This document shows positions 17,861-26,834 of a stretch of 64,000 nt of DNA, piece by piece. The stretch covers positions 606,186-670,185 of the forward strand of contig QQUE01000007.1 of the NCBI GenBank assembly GCA_008501765.1. Reading direction: 5' to 3'. The stretch's first letter is position 1. The number at the start of each line of letters is the position of its first letter. Origin of the DNA: Calditrichota bacterium (lineage in GTDB: Bacteria; Zhuqueibacterota; Zhuqueibacteria; Zhuqueibacterales; Geothermadaptataceae). Made by a program: the position numbers and the translations under genes. Under the pieces are notes generated by a model. It saw nothing but the letters and a program-made list of their open reading frames with translations, made no database searches and was not told the DNA's origin.

Positions 17861-19324
17861 CTATTTTATCCTGACAATCTCAATTCGCCGGTTCGCGCGT
17901 CTTCCTTCGGCGTTGTCATTGGGTGCGATGGGCGCGGATTCACCAAAACCGGTCGCCATCAATCGCCGGGATTTTATACCTTTGCTGATTAAAAACGAAC
18001 GCACGCTATTGGCACGTTTCAGGGATAATTTCAGGTTGGAGGTCTCGCGGCCACGGTCATCGGTATAGCCTTGCACATCCAGCTGGATGCTGCGGTCAGC
18101 CATCAGTTCTTTAGCAATCGTATTCAACGCCTGATAGCTGGCGCTGGTCAACGTTGCTGAACCGCTATTAAAACTGATACCCTGCAGAATGCGCTTTTCG
18201 CCCGCTTTCAACCATGGATCTTTTTCAGGAATACCGTCATCATCTTGATAGCCATTGATATTTTCCGGCAAAAGTGGTGCGCCGTCCAGCGAATCCGGAA
18301 TTGAGTCAGCATCGTTATCCCAGTCGGGGATGCCGTCTTCATCTTCGAAACCGTCAAAATCTTCTGGCGAATTTATCGCACCATCGCGTATATCAGGAAT
18401 ACCATCGCCATCATTATCAAGGTCCGGTTTGCCATCTTCATCCTGAAATCCGTCATAATCTTCTGGTTCATTTGGCGCCAAATCTGTGATATCCGGAATG
18501 CCATCATGGTCATTGTCTGTGTCTGGCGCGCCGTCATAATCTTCGAATCCATCAACATCTTCAGGTTCATTGGGGGCGGTGTCTGCGTAATCTAAAATGC
18601 CATCTTCATCATTATCCGGGTCCGGCGCGCCGTCCCAATCCTGGAAACCATCGAAATCTTCTTCCTTTTTCGGCTCAAAATCTTCCCTGTCAAATATACC
18701 ATCACCATCGGTGTCGCGGTCGCCTTTAAAATTGAAGAGCAAAGTTACACGGGCATTGAGAAATCCGTCATAATCATTGCGTGCAATCTGGCCATCGAGT
18801 TTGTCGGAAAATGCGTAGTGATAATCTCCGGAGAACTGAAAGCTCCACATCGGTGTTAAAAATGCTTCAATGCCGACTCCCAAAACAGCGACTTCTTCCC
18901 AGCCATTGGCTTCTGTGCCATCTGCCGTTTGCAGCAGATCGGTACGGTTGCCTGCGTAAGCGCTATATTTAAATCCACCTGCACCAACGTAAACCATTGG
19001 CGCAACGCGAGCATTTTGGTAAAACATAAAAACCAGGTTTAACTTGGCATCGAGAATATCCGTGTAAAATGAGCGGTGGTGGACATCATCGCGCAGCTCG
19101 CCGTAACCTGTGTTAAGTTGCAACCCCAAATAGGGACGCACCATAAACCGCACAACGCCGGCGACGGCCGGCCCAAGGGAGCTTCGCTCAACATCACCAA
19201 AATAATCCTGGGCGCCGGCTTGCAGCCCAATTGAAAAACTGCCCCGTTTGTACTGCCCCTGGACTGAATTAATCTGTGAAAATAATAAGAATAAAAAGCC
19301 AATGAAAATCCATTTTCGGTTCAT
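17861..19324 (-). CDS. OmpA family protein with thrombospondin type-3 Ca-binding repeats
   Basis: Signal peptide and N-terminal beta-barrel. About 5 acidic repeats ('PNEPEDxDGFxDxDGxPDxDNDxDGIPD'). C-terminal OmpA/MotB domain ('GYTDDRG...NLKLSLKRANSV...NRRIEI'). Confidence 0.85.
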   Translation of the reverse strand: MNRKWIFIGFLFLLFSQINSVQGQYKRGSFSIGLQAGAQDYFGDVERSSLGPAVAGVVRFMVRPYLGLQLNTGYGELRDDVHHRSFYTDILDAKLNLVFMFYQNARVAPMVYVGAGGFKYSAYAGNRTDLLQTADGTEANGWEEVAVLGVGIEAFLTPMWSFQFSGDYHYAFSDKLDGQIARNDYDGFLNARVTLLFNFKGDRDTDGDGIFDREDFEPKKEEDFDGFQDWDGAPDPDNDEDGILDYADTAPNEPEDVDGFEDYDGAPDTDNDHDGIPDITDLAPNEPEDYDGFQDEDGKPDLDNDGDGIPDIRDGAINSPEDFDGFEDEDGIPDWDNDADSIPDSLDGAPLLPENINGYQDDDGIPEKDPWLKAGEKRILQGISFNSGSATLTSASYQALNTIAKELMADRSIQLDVQGYTDDRGRETSNLKLSLKRANSVRSFLISKGIKSRRLMATGFGESAPIAPNDNAEGRRANRRIEIVRIK

Positions 19325-19673
19325 ATTCGGCCTCCTTTTCGATCTGGCTTATTCTTTGATAAACTTATATATCTCATTATCGACACAGGCCGGTTAAAAG
19401 TAAAAGTGCACCTGTGGAATTAAAAGGAAGAATCTTACAAAGTGCTTATCGTCTCAGCAATATTTGTCACTCCAGTTTGTGTTGTTTGCAATACCGGGAG
19501 GACGCTTTTATTATGGTGTTACTAGTTTAGTTTGAGTATGCTTTTTTGCAGAACGAGTGCATAGTGAGAATACAATTCTGTATTCAAGTTGGAAATATTT
19601 TTAGCAGATAAGGGAAGGTAAAATGGGGATTGGGAAGTGTTCTCCGGGTTTTCTGAGAAAAACCAGATGACAA

Positions 19674-20378
19674 TTATTTGATATCACTTAAAGATTGGAA
19701 GAGAAGTTTGTGGACATTTCGATCCAACTGCGTTTGTACATTTTTATAATAATCCGCAAAAAGAGATGGTGATCTCTCCTTTATCAAGTTCAATATCCAG
19801 GCGATTGCTGGAGAAACATTGTGATCTTGATCCCCGATAACCGGCTCGACAAATGCAATAATTTCCTGCGGTCGCAGAATTAATTTGCACGCGCCATTTT
19901 CAGGCGAAACATGCACCAGACTAACCAACGCCGACCGTCGGCGCATTGGATTTAGGCTTTGCAACCAGACCGCCAACCGCATTATCAGGTAAGGCATTTT
20001 ATTATTGGCAATAGCGCGAACATGGCCAAGCCAGTCGGCTAAAATCCACGTATCGATGTCATCTGTCCAGTGATCGAGCGTTCCCCAAATATTACTGTCG
20101 ACCCTTTCATCCTGAATGAAGAGCAGTTGCAAAGCAATTAATTTACACTCGAAATATGGGCTATCCCACAAATCATGCAGCAAATTTAGCCATAAAAACT
20201 CATCGTCGCCGGGTGGAAAATCTTTCTGAATTTTACGAAGAAACTCCTGTCGAGCCTTTTGCGATAATCCCGCAATATGAAATGAAGTCTGAAATTTTGA
20301 CTGTAATTTCAGCGCTGTCTTCTCATCACGTTGTGCGAATATTTGCCGTTCGATATCTTCGATTCTAATATTTGCCAT
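19674..20378 (-). CDS. DNA alkylation repair (AlkD-like HEAT repeat) family protein, tentative
   Basis: 234-aa all-helical ORF. The pattern 'W..S..F..K..AL..L' and '...WLQSLNPMRRRSALVSLV' resembles the DNA alkylation repair enzyme family. Recognised from memory only. Confidence 0.45.
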   Translation of the reverse strand: MANIRIEDIERQIFAQRDEKTALKLQSKFQTSFHIAGLSQKARQEFLRKIQKDFPPGDDEFLWLNLLHDLWDSPYFECKLIALQLLFIQDERVDSNIWGTLDHWTDDIDTWILADWLGHVRAIANNKMPYLIMRLAVWLQSLNPMRRRSALVSLVHVSPENGACKLILRPQEIIAFVEPVIGDQDHNVSPAIAWILNLIKERSPSLFADYYKNVQTQLDRNVHKLLFQSLSDIK

Positions 20379-20606
20379 TCTTTCCTCAAAAAAAATGAAT
20401 CCACTGTCTATGAATTCATCACTCCGGGTGCAGAACGTAAATATACGGCTATAATGTAACTTTGCAAATAATTTCGAACGGAATTATTGATTTTGGATAA
20501 AATTTTATATCGAAAAATCAAGTTGTTTTACATAGAAACTTTCCAAGTGAATGTCAATGTTCTAATGCTAAATTTTGTGCAGGTATTGGATTAAAGGCAG
20601 GAAAGT

Positions 20607-20903
20607 CTGGTTATCCAGTTAACTCAGCATTTTCAACTTCTTGTAAAAATATAATGTTACCTATATTGCAAAAATTAGCCTTTTCAAAAAGTCTACAAAA
20701 CTATGCCACCCCTCCGGGGTTTAAATATTTGGATTTTCAGTGTTATAATCATGTCATCCCTCCGGGATTAAAAAAATTAATCTGTTTTGTTATGCTGCAA
20801 AACCCCGGAGGGTGCAATGATTATAACTCGGTGAACTCAAAAAAACCGGGGAACCCTGGAGGGGTGGCATATTCACCGCTTGCTGAGTTAATTGGATAGC
20901 CAG
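20607..20903. mobile_element. MITE-like non-autonomous element with a palindromic core
   Basis: 23-bp terminal inverted repeats ('ctggttatccagttaactcagca' / 'tgctgagttaattggatagccag', 21/23 match). Flanked by the direct repeat 'gcaggaaagt' (20597-20606 and 20905-20914). The internal 170-bp imperfect palindrome at 20703-20872 is built on 'ccctccggg'. Confidence 0.5.
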
Positions 20904-20950
20904 AGCAGGAAAGTAATTGAGTAATTCAGTTTAAACCGGAAGAAAAAGAA

Positions 20951-21334
20951 TTAATGTTCAGTTGCTACAGAGTCAGTTCTTGTTTTCGTGGAGTCATCGC
21001 TGTCCCACTTTTTCATATAAGCAATAACACTTCGAATTTCTTCCGGAGATAACTCTCCATCCAAAGGCGGCATCCCCTTGACGTCATCCCCTTTTCCCAA
21101 TTTGATAATCTCAAAGACTTCAGTTTCGCCTAAATCGCGCAAAGCATTACGAATATTTTCCCCGTCCATGCCTCCACGACCGTCACGACCATGGCAGCGG
21201 GAACAATTCGAATCAACACTTTTGTAGCCTTGAAATATTATTTCGCCCGGGTCTGTCATCCATTCCGGCGGTTCGGGTTGGCAAGCTGAAAATAGTATTC
21301 CTATCGAACCAATTAAAATATATATTAATTTCAT
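20951..21334 (-). CDS. Mono-haem c-type cytochrome, probable lipoprotein
   Basis: Haem motif 'CSRCH' with a distal 'KGMPP' Met ligand region. Lipobox-like 'ILFSAC' follows the start at MKLIYIL (21334). The longer ORF start at 21382 would overlap the upstream gene. Confidence 0.75.
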   Translation of the reverse strand: MKLIYILIGSIGILFSACQPEPPEWMTDPGEIIFQGYKSVDSNCSRCHGRDGRGGMDGENIRNALRDLGETEVFEIIKLGKGDDVKGMPPLDGELSPEEIRSVIAYMKKWDSDDSTKTRTDSVATEH

Positions 21335-21356
21335 TAAAACTCGCATAAATAAATCA

Positions 21357-23267
21357 TCAATCCCATAACGCCCACGAAACACCCCATTTCATCGTGCGCC
21401 AGCGCATCGGTACGTCGGGGCGCCAAAGATCATTAATGCCGGTCACATTTTCATATTTTACAAATATCATGGCGTCCCGAAAAAAACCACGCAATTCAAT
21501 ATCCAGCATCGAGGCCTTGCCGCCCTGCCAGATTGTAAAAAAATTGCCGCGATTATAATCGTAAAAATGAAAACGATCATGCCAGTAGCGCCCGCGCAAC
21601 AAAACCTGGGCGAGGAAATCCCCTTTGAATAGCGACCGGGAATAACTGATTTCGGCACTGCCATTCATTGAGGGCATTTCAGAAAAGAGATAACTGCTAT
21701 CGGGTGTTGAAAAACGCGCATTACCAGATAATTTCAGCTCGATATCCGCAAACAGCCGCAGTTCAGTGGCCAGAGAAAGAAAAGGATAGCTCACATCATC
21801 GGCGTCATTTTCAATGCGGAACAGGCTATCTTTTAATGTCAACTCGAAGGGGCGCTGAATGAATGCCTGGCCTCCCGAAAGCATAAAATGAAAATTTTCT
21901 TTTTGATAATCGAAACTTACTCCGAGCTGAGATAATTGCATATTTTCCAAATCTGCATTTGCTGAAAGTACCGTATCGATCGTGTGGGCAAATTCCCCGG
22001 GTTGCGGGAAAACCGGTTTTGTGGAGCCGGCAACGCTTAATTTACTGGATTTGCTTAGTTTATATGACACAGCGCTGCTCCACCCCGGTTTTGTTGCGAA
22101 TTGCCCGTGATAGCGCAATTGTGCTTGATGCGCGATATTAAACTTTGAGCCCATTCGATGTTGTGCTTCGATGTTAAAATCGGCTTCCTGCCAATTATCT
22201 AATTCCGGGAAAAACGAATTTTTGAGTTGCCGGGTTTCAAGACGGGCTTGATATTTAAGCGCAATTCCCCGCCAATATTGCCGGTAGTAACCGCTAAATC
22301 CGTAGTAATCTGATTGCGGTTTTATGTACCGTTTTATGAACGCACCGCCGGAATATTGTTCTTGCAAGTGCCAATTATAAAGACGAAAATTCCACTTATC
22401 GAACGATTTGATGTGCTGCGTTGTATCTGCATTTTGCACGATTCGCGCCATTTCCATGCTGTTCATAAACCGCCGTTGATCCCGGCGTGAACCTAAAATT
22501 TGTGGGTATTCATCGATGAAAAATGGGTGGCTCTGCGTCGCATCGTTCACGCTTTGCAAAAGACGGTAACGAATTTCGAGGTCGGGCTTGAATTTATAGG
22601 CAACGATTCCATGAACACGATTGGCGTCAAATGGTCCGTAACCGGCTGTAAACCATTGCCCATCGGAATTTGCAAAGCTGGCACCCAGATTTACCCGCCA
22701 TTTGGGATTAATTGTGCGCTTAAAACGCAACCGTACGGCATCGCTGCCATAGGGACCAATGACAAATTCAAAAAAGGTAAGAGGCCGGCGAGGGGCTTGA
22801 TTGTCTGTTTGAAATAAAACCGAGGAGGTCCAAGGGTTTATGCTGATATTTTCAAGTGTTGTTTCGGGTAGCAGGGTTAAATCTGATTGTCCCCAAATTC
22901 CTGTGGGAATGGGTATTCCGTCGATGGTAATTTCAGTAAATCTGGCTGGCGCCGAATTGATACTGGCGTAGGATAAAAGACCCGAATCACCGTCGCGCCA
23001 CACTTGAAAAAAGGGCTGTTGCCCTAATAACTCCCCACTGTCTTCAAATAGGGCCGATTTAATGGTTTCACGGTTAATCACGTACAATGCGGGCTGTTGT
23101 GGTTTTTCGAATTTTTGCCATACAAATGGCTCGCGTTTGGGGCCGGCAACGCTTGAATCAATTGTAGCAGCTTGTATTTCCAGACTATCAGAATATGTAG
23201 ATACTTTTTGAGCCTGCAAAAGTGGAGTTGTGATGAAAAGTAAAATAAAAATGCAGTATTTTTTCAT
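21357..23267 (-). CDS. Outer-membrane beta-barrel protein (putative porin, with a TonB-receptor plug-like N-terminus)
   Basis: 636-aa ORF with a signal peptide ('LLFITTPLLQAQ') and 'ITIDGIPIP' plug-like motif. Long alternating aromatic/polar strand pattern with many 'Y.F/W.R' pairs. Confidence 0.45.
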   Translation of the reverse strand: MKKYCIFILLFITTPLLQAQKVSTYSDSLEIQAATIDSSVAGPKREPFVWQKFEKPQQPALYVINRETIKSALFEDSGELLGQQPFFQVWRDGDSGLLSYASINSAPARFTEITIDGIPIPTGIWGQSDLTLLPETTLENISINPWTSSVLFQTDNQAPRRPLTFFEFVIGPYGSDAVRLRFKRTINPKWRVNLGASFANSDGQWFTAGYGPFDANRVHGIVAYKFKPDLEIRYRLLQSVNDATQSHPFFIDEYPQILGSRRDQRRFMNSMEMARIVQNADTTQHIKSFDKWNFRLYNWHLQEQYSGGAFIKRYIKPQSDYYGFSGYYRQYWRGIALKYQARLETRQLKNSFFPELDNWQEADFNIEAQHRMGSKFNIAHQAQLRYHGQFATKPGWSSAVSYKLSKSSKLSVAGSTKPVFPQPGEFAHTIDTVLSANADLENMQLSQLGVSFDYQKENFHFMLSGGQAFIQRPFELTLKDSLFRIENDADDVSYPFLSLATELRLFADIELKLSGNARFSTPDSSYLFSEMPSMNGSAEISYSRSLFKGDFLAQVLLRGRYWHDRFHFYDYNRGNFFTIWQGGKASMLDIELRGFFRDAMIFVKYENVTGINDLWRPDVPMRWRTMKWGVSWALWD

Positions 23268-23323
23268 ATAATTAAAATTTCAATTTTTCTGAAGTCCTGA
23301 TGGCTAACTTTCAATCCGTACCA

Positions 23324-23878
23324 TCATATATTTCGTATTCTTTCAAATACAGGTAATTTTTGCAACGTTTGAATGAGCGTGTGCACTAAAAAAAAGAAAA
23401 TAAATGCGTTTGAAACGATGTGTACTGCAAAAAAAGGCATGCCAGCAATCAGTCTCGACATGAAAAATCCCATTCCAGCATCAATTATGAATACATCCGC
23501 CCATGTCGTTACAAGATCAAAAAATACTGTGACAGCCCCACCCAGAACAAGAAACATGATTCTGGAAGCGACACTACTTAAATTGACACCACCGATATTT
23601 TTAGCAATTCCACCAACAATCCCGGTAGTTGTCATCGCAAAAATCTGGGCGACAAGTATGTGGATGGGTGCCGGACCGTACAAATTGAAATTTGAATAGA
23701 TGAATTCGGTCGCTAATCCGATGAAGGCGCCGGATCTCCATCCTAATAAATAACCGCCGATAAAAATAATCATGGTCACCATTTCGATGTTTGGCAGGAA
23801 AGCCAACGCGTAGCCGATCGCCACACCCACAGCGATGAAATTTGCGATTATTGTTAGTTTAAGTGTTTCTGTTTTCAT
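23324..23878 (-). CDS. Integral membrane protein, ECF-transporter S-component-like (tentative)
   Basis: 184-aa ORF with 5-6 TM helices and small-residue-rich helices similar to substrate-capture S components. No ATPase or T component nearby. Confidence 0.35.
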   Translation of the reverse strand: MKTETLKLTIIANFIAVGVAIGYALAFLPNIEMVTMIIFIGGYLLGWRSGAFIGLATEFIYSNFNLYGPAPIHILVAQIFAMTTTGIVGGIAKNIGGVNLSSVASRIMFLVLGGAVTVFFDLVTTWADVFIIDAGMGFFMSRLIAGMPFFAVHIVSNAFIFFFLVHTLIQTLQKLPVFERIRNI

Positions 23879-23893
23879 TTATTTATGAACAGC

Positions 23894-25048
23894 TTATTGC
23901 CGACCAGGCTGTTTTTTCTTGATAAATCGAGCAATGCTGCGAACAGCATGCTTAATATCTTCGCTTGTTGTGAAACGGCCAAAACTAATGCGGAACGATG
24001 ATTTTAATTCTTTATCCGGCAAATGCAAAGCGCGTAACACATGCGAAGGAGAAACATCACCCGAACTGCAAGCGGAACCATTGGAAATTGCGATACCGGC
24101 GAGATCAAGGCCCATGAGCAAACTCATGTTGTCAATGCCGGGTATTGAATAATTTTGAATATTGGGAACACCGTTTTCTCCGCCGTTCAAGCGGGCTTCC
24201 GGGAGTTGCAATTTCATCAGCTCACGCAATTCGCTCCCCAGTTGTTCCAAATGCGATTTATCTGCGTCGCGATTTATCTGACAAAGTTCAACTGCTTTTG
24301 TTAATCCGGCGATTGCCGGGATATTTTCCGTGCCGCTGCGTCGGCCATTTTCCTGGCTACCGCCAAAAAATAATTTGCCCAGCTTTGTTTTTCGGCGAAT
24401 AAATAAGACGCCGGCTCCTTTGGGACCATAAATTTTGTGTCCAGTCAGCGATAAAAATGAGGCAGGTACTCTCCGCAGATCGACAGGCAATTTACCAAAA
24501 CTCTGCACCGCATCCGTGTGAAATAAAATATTTTTCTCGTAAGCAATTTTTGCACAAGCTTCAATGTTGTTTATCGAGCCAATTTCATTATTCACATGCA
24601 TGATACTTACAAGCCTGGTTGCAGAATTTATACTCTGCTGCAGAATTTCTGGATCAATCTGACCCATTCGATTCACGGGAAGCAACGTTATTTGCCACCC
24701 CCGGCTTTTTAAATATCTGGCTGTTTGCAGGATGGATGGATGCTCAATAGCTGAAATAATAATGTTGCCGGGTTTTGAGAATTGCGAGGCCACCCCTTGC
24801 ATCGCCAAATTATTCGATTCCGTTCCACCGCTGGTAAAATAAATCTCATCCGGGCGTGCGTTTAAGGACTCCGCCACCGTCGTTCGCGCTGTATCCAAAA
24901 CAGCTTTTGCTTGCAATCCAAATCTATGAATGCTCGAGGCATTGCCATAAACTTGCGCCATTGTTATATTTACAACTTCGAGAACTTTGGGATCAAGTGG
25001 CGTCGATGCGGCATAGTCGAGATATATATTGTGGTGATTTTTATCCAT
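23894..25048 (-). CDS. Cysteine desulfurase (NifS/IscS class)
   Basis: 'IYLDYAASTPL' at the N-terminus, PLP-lysine context 'SLTGHKIYGPKGAG', and active-site loop 'SNGSACSSG'. ATG at 25048 (MDKNHH) is preferred over 25087. Confidence 0.9.
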   Translation of the reverse strand: MDKNHHNIYLDYAASTPLDPKVLEVVNITMAQVYGNASSIHRFGLQAKAVLDTARTTVAESLNARPDEIYFTSGGTESNNLAMQGVASQFSKPGNIIISAIEHPSILQTARYLKSRGWQITLLPVNRMGQIDPEILQQSINSATRLVSIMHVNNEIGSINNIEACAKIAYEKNILFHTDAVQSFGKLPVDLRRVPASFLSLTGHKIYGPKGAGVLFIRRKTKLGKLFFGGSQENGRRSGTENIPAIAGLTKAVELCQINRDADKSHLEQLGSELRELMKLQLPEARLNGGENGVPNIQNYSIPGIDNMSLLMGLDLAGIAISNGSACSSGDVSPSHVLRALHLPDKELKSSFRISFGRFTTSEDIKHAVRSIARFIKKKQPGRQ

Positions 25049-25265
25049 AGGTAAAATTATAATTGTGGGAAACGGAAACTTCAGCACGACTGAAATGCAG
25101 GAAGATTTGTATACTATTACCGTAAAACCCGAGTTAAAACAGAGAATTAAACAACGAGTTGAATATAGGGGGAAGGGCGAAAATTAGCAAGCAAAAACCG
25201 GGAGTCAACCTTAATAAATCAGGTCGTGTATTATCTTGTTTTTAAAGAAAAAAGTGGTCGCCAGA

Positions 25266-26603
25266 CTAATATTCTGCAAGCTCAAAATATTCCATAGATC
25301 CTTGAGGTATCAACCGGAAATCACCAAAACTATTCTTATTCTCAAAAATGAATCGTTTATCCTGTCGGCCATACTTCCAGATTTCATAAGCACTGCTGTT
25401 GGAGCGTGAACGAAGTCGCCTCACGGAAACCGGGTATCCATTTTGGATATAAATTCTCCCCTGATCAGATTTCCATCCCTTATTTTCATAATTCTTAAAA
25501 TTATTATTGGCAAAGGAAACGCGTTTATAAAATTCATCCATAAGCTCGTTTTCGATTGTTTCCGGGGAGGGGTCCCTGTTTTTCCAAAAAGAGAGAATTG
25601 CAATCCGTTGTTTTTCTGTTGCAAGCTCTTGCATACTTTCAAAATTCCATTGCGGCGCCACATATTGGAGTTGCTTTATTAGATCTGAGACAACTTCCTT
25701 TTGAGAATATTCATCCGACCAACCAACAAAAAACTGCGTCCTATTGACAGCAACTTTACCGGAATTTCTATCTTTTACAAGAACTTCCAACTCATATCCG
25801 CCACGGCTAAGTTCCATAATGGACAACCTTAGAGAATGCACCGCATCCGTTGCAGGATGAGAAACAGAATGTTGCACTGTTTTTTTCACAACGCCATCTT
25901 CCGTTTTTATCTTGCACATAATTTCAGCGCCAAAATTATTCTGAGTTTCAGCAGCGGCCAGTCCATAGACTTCGTAGTAAATAAAGAATTCCGCAGTGAA
26001 ATAATCGAACGAGTGATCGACATTTGGTTTGACGAACAATCCGTTTTTAATGAACGCACTTGTTTTTTTGGAAGCTTGAATAGACTGGGCAACCTGAATA
26101 TCAGATAAGATCAAATTTGTTACAGCAAATTCCGGGACATCAAGGTACATTGGCCGGGAAACGGTGTAGGGGGCGTTTTTATCAGTTAGCTGAATTTCGC
26201 AACTATAGTAACCGGGTTGTAACAAAATTCCTTGTACACTCAGTCGCATTTTATTAGACCGTTCCGAATTGTCTTCAAAACGAAATGTATCATCAAAATT
26301 TAACTCACGGACAATTTTATCATTCGCCCGGATAGTATATTTCAAAGAATATTCAGAGAGAAATGTTATCGCTTCTTTTACGGCAGATAATGCACTTAAA
26401 TCAACCTGGCTATATATCTCGATATATGTTTGTTTTTTATTACCTTTAAAACAGGCATAATTTGAAGAAAAAGGTGTGTTTTTATTCGATCCAATGTCTT
26501 GTTTGTCATTGCCGTGAGTTGGAACTGAATTTACGATAAAAAAGCACAGAAGACTGATAATCACTTTTCCAAGCATACTTGTCACAACCATGTTATAATT
26601 CAT
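25266..26603 (-). CDS. GWxTD domain-containing secreted protein
   Basis: 445-aa ORF with an N-terminal signal/anchor. C-terminal block 'FWKNRDPSPETIENELMDEFYKRVSFANNNF...GWKSDQGRIYIQNGYP' contains the eponymous GWxxD motif. Confidence 0.75.
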   Translation of the reverse strand: MNYNMVVTSMLGKVIISLLCFFIVNSVPTHGNDKQDIGSNKNTPFSSNYACFKGNKKQTYIEIYSQVDLSALSAVKEAITFLSEYSLKYTIRANDKIVRELNFDDTFRFEDNSERSNKMRLSVQGILLQPGYYSCEIQLTDKNAPYTVSRPMYLDVPEFAVTNLILSDIQVAQSIQASKKTSAFIKNGLFVKPNVDHSFDYFTAEFFIYYEVYGLAAAETQNNFGAEIMCKIKTEDGVVKKTVQHSVSHPATDAVHSLRLSIMELSRGGYELEVLVKDRNSGKVAVNRTQFFVGWSDEYSQKEVVSDLIKQLQYVAPQWNFESMQELATEKQRIAILSFWKNRDPSPETIENELMDEFYKRVSFANNNFKNYENKGWKSDQGRIYIQNGYPVSVRRLRSRSNSSAYEIWKYGRQDKRFIFENKNSFGDFRLIPQGSMEYFELAEY

Positions 26604-26790
26604 ATTTCTGCTGCATGTCTTTATAAAATGATATCGGGGAGAATTGACAAAATGTGAGGAAGCAAAGTGTAAATGATGTGAAGAAAATGATAAATTAGCA
26701 GGAGAGGATGTTTTTAAAATTTTGGAACTTAAAATACAGCCGGGCGTTTGACTTTATATTCCACAAAGGCAATCTTTGGGAATACTTTAT

Positions 26791-26833
26791 AAGCTATCAG
26801 TGTCCTTGGCGGCGTACACTGGTAGCTTTTTTT
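26791..26833. terminator. Hairpin immediately after the PorV-like stop codon
   Basis: 'agctatcagtgt...acactggtagct' (12-bp stem, one U-G/C-A position). The 7-T run lies on the plus-strand side, so orientation is ambiguous. Confidence 0.35.
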
Positions 26834-26834
26834 G

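Noticed and set aside
20654-20899. 81-aa plus-strand ORF ('...ATPPGFKYLDFQCYNHVIPPGLKK...PGNPGGVAYS')
   Set aside because: The reading frame simply translates both arms of the palindromic MITE-like element, so the peptide is quasi-mirror-symmetric. It has no RBS.
21335-21382. N-terminal extensions offered by the ORF track (cytochrome c, cysteine desulfurase, hpf, topA, secA, ilvE, hbd, GlmU-like, RND, ArsR, PBP1A, 55001 ORF)
   Set aside because: In each case an internal ATG has a purine-rich RBS and the expected N-terminus (signal peptide, Rossmann fold, Toprim and so on). That start avoids overlap with the upstream gene, so the shorter coordinates were used.
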